This document shows, piece by piece, positions 59,591 to 64,000 of a stretch of 64,000 bases of DNA. The position numbers were made by a program, and so were the translations under genes. The stretch is from NCBI GenBank assembly GCA_025558095.1, contig JAIVFI010000017.1, positions 62,001-126,000 on the forward strand, written 5' to 3'. Position 1 is the first letter of the stretch. Each line of letters opens with the position of its first letter. The notes under the pieces are model-generated. The model was given only the letters and a program-made list of their open reading frames with translations, did not search any database and was not told the DNA's origin. Origin of the DNA: Hyaloraphidium curvatum SAG 235-1 (Eukaryota; Fungi; Monoblepharomycota).

Positions 59591-62258
59591 ATGTCCTTTT
59601 CGTTCAAAAAGGCCCCGGCTAAGGCCCGCCGTAACTTTCGGGTCGGCGTTGAACGCGATGGATCGCCGGAAGAGACGGCGGAGGGTTCTGGACTCGAGTC
59701 GGGGACACCGGCTGCGCAGGACGAGGGCGAAACCAGTGCCGTCAAGCGGCGAGACCGAGGAAACAAGAAGGAAGGGGGTCGGAAAGCGGGCAAGATGACT
59801 TTTGGAGCCGACGAAGTCAGTGCTGGTCGCTGCAGCTGCCCCACCCAAGGTTGATTTCTTCGACGCACTGTGACAGGAGCCTGCGGAAGTGTTCAAGCTT
59901 GTGAAATCCGCCTCGCCCGCCCCATGGCCTCAGGGAGCAGAGTCGCTCCGAATGGATTCGGGGCGCGAAGGTCACGGAGGGACCCGCTACGACGCTGAAC
60001 ATCTGGAGGAGCTGCGCAAGAGCATCAGTGCCCCACCGGCTCTCCAACCGAACCGATATTCGGCAGATCAATCAATGGAGGACGTCGCGGACACCATTCC
60101 GGATGACGCAGCGGTGCTGGCAGCGCGTAGACTGCGGGAGCAAAGGCGTGCTGCCGGCGAGCGCGAAGAGAAGGAAGATTTCATCCCCTTGGATGGCAAG
60201 CCAAAGACGAGGGTGTGTGATGCCGACGCGGCGACATGAAGCAGGAATGAATTTCAGTCCTGCAGGAATCTCGACTAGTCACCGAGGATCAGCTGGTGGA
60301 GGACGAGGAAGAGTTCGAAGATTACTCGGGAGACAGGATTGCGTTCGGAGCGAAGACGGCGAAGCAACGGAAGACGGAGCGGCGACGCGAGATTGAAGCT
60401 ACCTTGCTGGCAAGGTCCGCTGCCTGAGTTTTGTTGCCTCGCCCCCGCCGCTAATTGAGGAATGTTGCTCCCCAGGGATCAATCTGAATCGGATGAAGAC
60501 CTTGAGGAAGTGAACGGGGAACACGGGGCGCAAACCGGCATTTTTGGGCTTTCGGCTCCGCCTCTTCTGGACAATGGCCGTGCAGAGGATTCTGCGATGC
60601 CAAGTGGCGCTGTGCTGGCATCAATGGGGGCGGTAAACGCGCGGCTCAATGGCCTTCTGCTCGGGAACGATGAGATTCTTGCGGCGCTCAGGCAGAAGAC
60701 CACGGAGCTTTCCTTGGAACTGGCGGCCGCCGAGGGAGCTTCTGGGGGCCTCTCGAGGGACATGGAGAGCTCCGGCGATCGGTACAACTTCTTCCAGGAC
60801 CTGCGGATGTACGTCAACAGCCTTGCCGACTTTTTCGACGAGAAAGTGAGCCTTCACTGGGGCTGCGCACAATATCTGGGCTGATGTCTTGGCTCAGCTC
60901 CCTCAACTCATCGCCCTCGAAGACGAGCACGAAGCCTATGTTGCCAAGCTCGTTGCTCAGCGCAAGGAGGCTCGCTACGCTTCAGTCGATGCAGACTACG
61001 AAATCATCACGGGCTTTGCCCCAAGGCGTCCGAGCGTCGAGCAAGAGTTGGAAGCTCGAGATCCTGATGGTAAGGACCAGGCGAACCCGTACCCTGACGG
61101 GGTCGCAAGCTAATGGGGCGCCGTCAGGGACGACAATCGAGCGACTGGAAAAGTCGCACCGTCATTTGTTTGACGATAGCTTGGAATCGTACTCGCAGTT
61201 GCAGAGCATCCGCGACACCTTGATCTCCTGGAAGATGCGATTTCCCGGAGATTACGAGCGAGCCTTCGGTTCGCTCAGCGTACCAGGTGCCTTTGAGCTG
61301 GCCGTGCGCCACGAGCTGTTTGGCTGGTTTCCTTTCCAGGTGCGAGTGGATTTCAAACGCTTGCTCTCGGAGCGCGCCGCTAACGACGTGATCTGTACAG
61401 GCTCTGGTTCGTCTCGAGGACATGGAATGGCACAGAACCGTGGCGAGCTTCGACAGCGCATATGCGCACGAAGACGAGGAGCCCCACGAGATGGAGGTTC
61501 TCAACGCCATCGTCAAATCCGTTTGCATTCCCCGGCTCAAGGCCCGTCTGCCGATGTTTGATGTCTGGTCAGCGTCGGAAACCAGAAATCTGGCGTCTCT
61601 TCTGGCGGAGATTCGAGATTACGTTGCGACCGATTCACCGGCATACAAGGCAGGCCTGATCGCTTACAAGCAGTCACCGTTGTGCTCACAAGTTCTTCAC
61701 GTAACAGGGAATCGTCTCCATCGTCAACGATCTCTTCGCGGCTGCGGTTGGGGAATGCGCAGAGCGTTACGGTGTGGAGGCGCCGCATCTTCAGACATCG
61801 TCCCCTCCCTCGCCAGAGGTCCTGGCCGCGCGGACCCGCTTTTTCGAGGGCCTGTTTCCCGTGAGTGATGCAGCCATCGTGCATCGGTGTCTTGTGCTGA
61901 CTGCTGGTCTAGCTCGTTCAAAATGCAGTGACCTTGAGGCGCTACCTGGGCAGCAGCGCGGTAACGGAGTTGTGTTCGGGGTTAATGGGGCGAGTAGTGG
62001 TCGTTGTCCTTTCGAGCGTCACACCGGCTTCCTTGAAGCATGACATTGGACTGCTGCAGAAGGTGGGAGGACTTTTGCTCAGCCGGTATCGCGCACTGAC
62101 GTTCCTCGTAGGTTTGCGCGGCAGTTCAACCTTATGGTTCCGAGGAGGACAGGGCATCCATGAAGCATGCTTTGCGGAAATGGACGTTCAAACTCCGCCT
62201 GCTGTCGTCGTCTCGACCGGACCTGCTGGACATGATTGATTCCCTCGATCTTCTCTGA
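59591..62258 (+). CDS. GCFC-domain spliceosome-disassembly/transcription factor (PAXBP1/GCFC2/Ntr2-like), many introns
   Basis: IPDDAAVLAARRLREQRR...EDFIPL; RYNFFQDLR.YV..L.DFFDEK; LFDD....Y........WK.RFP.DYE.AF.SL..P; M.WH; WS..ET. Confidence 0.82.
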
Positions 62259-62277
62259 CATTAGATTTCCCTGGTAG

Positions 62278-63082
62278 CTGGCACCGCTGTGACTCTACAT
62301 CGGTGCGCGAACGGACGCTGACTCGCTCGGGGCCGACGGCACATTGTTTCCCCCGCGTCCCTCGCTGCGCTCGCCCTCGCGCCCTATGGGCCGGCGCGGG
62401 CAATTCCGCCAACCGTTCATCTCTCGCCGGGGGCCAGACGGGAGCCCGGCGGGCGCCGGCTGGAGCACCGGACATCCGAACGGATGCATTTGGCGTAAAA
62501 ACCGCCGCGGGGAAATGCACTGGTAGTGGGGGACCGGCAACCGGGGTGGGGACAACCGGGTCGGCGGGCGGCGGAGGGCACCCGAGGGTCCGCCGCGGCC
62601 TCCGAAACGTGCGGAAATATCGCGCGCAGCCGTTGGAACGGCCGGCGGGGTCGTACGGTGTGCTGCCTGCGCGCGATGGGCGGCGGGAGCCGGCGGGTCC
62701 GATGCTCGCCGGCGGCCGCCTTCCCCCACCCGGAGCACGATGCCGGCCTGCTTCCAACGCGGCGGCGCTCTCTTCCGGCATTTTTCCGCGCGGACCGAGG
62801 GGCCGTGACCTTTCTCGAGCGAACCAATTCGAGTTTGGTGTTGAGGCCGCACTGATTTCGGTCCACGTCCTCTCTTTGGTCCACGGCTCCCTCCCATGCC
62901 CTCCAAGACGGAAAACGGGGAGAATAGGACGATGGACAAGAAACCCTTCTTTGGGTTTAAATCGTCCATCGCCCGACGACGAGTATTCGTATATCTGGTT
63001 GGGGTTTCTTGCGGCGGCGCCCGGCTATGCGGTTAGAGTCAGTGTCCATTCGCGCACCAATGTAGAGTCACAGCGGTGCCAG
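62278..63082. mobile_element. Putative non-autonomous element (~805 bp) bounded by inverted copies 3 and 4 of the hairpin repeat
   Basis: 62278-62324 (CTGGCACCGCTGTGACTCTACATCGGTGCGCGAACGGACGCTGACTC) is the reverse complement of 63036-63082 with three mismatches. No credible coding content; no TSD visible. Confidence 0.75.
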
Positions 63083-63140
63083 GAGACGAAACGATGGAAT
63101 GACACAGCAGCGTTCGGGATAGTGAGTTCATCGATTGGCG

Positions 63141-63754
63141 TTATCGAACCGCCAGCGGCGTCCACATGCTCGACAGCCCGTCCCAGCCTCTTGGCCGAAA
63201 GGACGTCCAAGAGACCCTGGTAAAGAGAATAAGCAGGAGCTACAAGCTGCGAGCCTGGCCGCTCCTACGTCGAGAAAGTCCGAGAGCCAAACATCCAGCT
63301 GCGTTTCAAGTTCCGTGCTGTTCGGGCGTTTGTCCGCGTTCGTCCGCCTCGTACCGGGTAGCCTGCGTCGTGGCGAGCGCCGCGAACGGTGCCGATCTGG
63401 ACCTCGCTCTCACTTGGATCACATCGTCGATCAGATCCGCGAAACAAGGGCGATAGCGGCGACGCACATCCGTTTCCGGATTTCGCGCTTCAGCTCCGAC
63501 TCGATCGTCATCCCGCCCAGAATCTGCGCCAGCTGAACCCGCTGCTCATCCGTTATATCCTGCAGCTTGCATCTTCGGTGTATTCCGAGCTGAAAGGCCG
63601 ACCGACGCGTTCAACGCGGCCGGGCGCGTGGCGTCGGAACCCGCACCTTGTCGCAGATTCCGGCCGCCGTCGCCTGCCCAATACCGTAGAAGCGCGTGAG
63701 CGCTATCCGGGCAAGCTTGTCGTCCGGTAGGTTGACTCCAAGGAGGTAAACCAT
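63141..63754 (-). CDS. Mitochondrial ribosomal protein uS13m (Sws2-like)
   Basis: MVYLLGVNLPDDKLARIALTRFYGIG; IGTVRGARHDAGYPVRGGRTRTNARTAR. Stop at 63265 or, after a final intron, at 63141. Confidence 0.88.
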
Positions 63755-64000
63755 TGTCACCAACCGCGCGGTCAGGTGAGGTTCCGAGATCGCCGCGGTA
63801 AACATCACGCCAAACAATGTCTCGCCCAGAACACCAGTCTCCACCAGAGATCGTGGGTAGCGGTGTTCAGCGGTGCCTACGGTCTTCTCATTAGTTTGAC
63901 GCTCTGAATCGGTGCGCGGCCAGTTCTACAATGACACCGAGGCCCGGAAGTACACGGCCAAGTGAGCACCCCTGCGACCCGTGGACTCTGGCAACTGACA

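Noticed and set aside
62278-62324. Hairpin repeat as an HDV-like ribozyme (hairpin followed by GCGAA-YGGAC resembles P4-J4/2-P2)
   Set aside because: The upstream P1/P2/P3 strands (e.g. a GTCCR partner) are absent, and upstream sequence is not conserved between copies.
62295-63223. ORFs inside the 805-bp element as a transposase or Fanzor/TnpB
   Set aside because: Low-complexity translations with no DDE, HUH, tyrosine-recombinase or RuvC motifs.

Overview
GC-rich eukaryotic DNA, gene-dense, with many short (about 50-70 nt) spliceosomal introns. The gene content (Vtc1-like, class I DAHP synthase, PLK4 with cryptic polo boxes, WDR7, HEI10) suggests an early-diverging, chytrid-like fungus; this is inference. 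The left ~28 kb is an accessory, rearranged region. It holds a cluster of at least four mosaic PPR paralogs in alternating orientation (one with a nonsense codon), a 3' relic of a restriction-like-endonuclease non-LTR retrotransposon, two paralogs of an uncharacterised 7-TM family, an MFS transporter, and an intronless bacterial-type FAD monooxygenase lying between duplicated host segments. The right ~36 kb is mostly housekeeping genes (MAK16, RPE1, BMT2, PSA1, DAHP synthase, ZIP, WDR7, HEI10, PLK4, UBP14, GCFC, mitochondrial S13). The most unusual signal is a ~49-bp hairpin sequence (TAGAGTCAGTGTCCGTTCGCGCACCGATGTAGAGTCACAGCGGTGCCAG) in four copies. It occurs once at the end of an insertion with no clear target-site duplication, once at the junction where it supplies the monooxygenase stop codon, and twice as inverted termini of an ~805-bp element. 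All gene calls come from motif recognition by eye; no database search was run, and most multi-exon boundaries are approximate.
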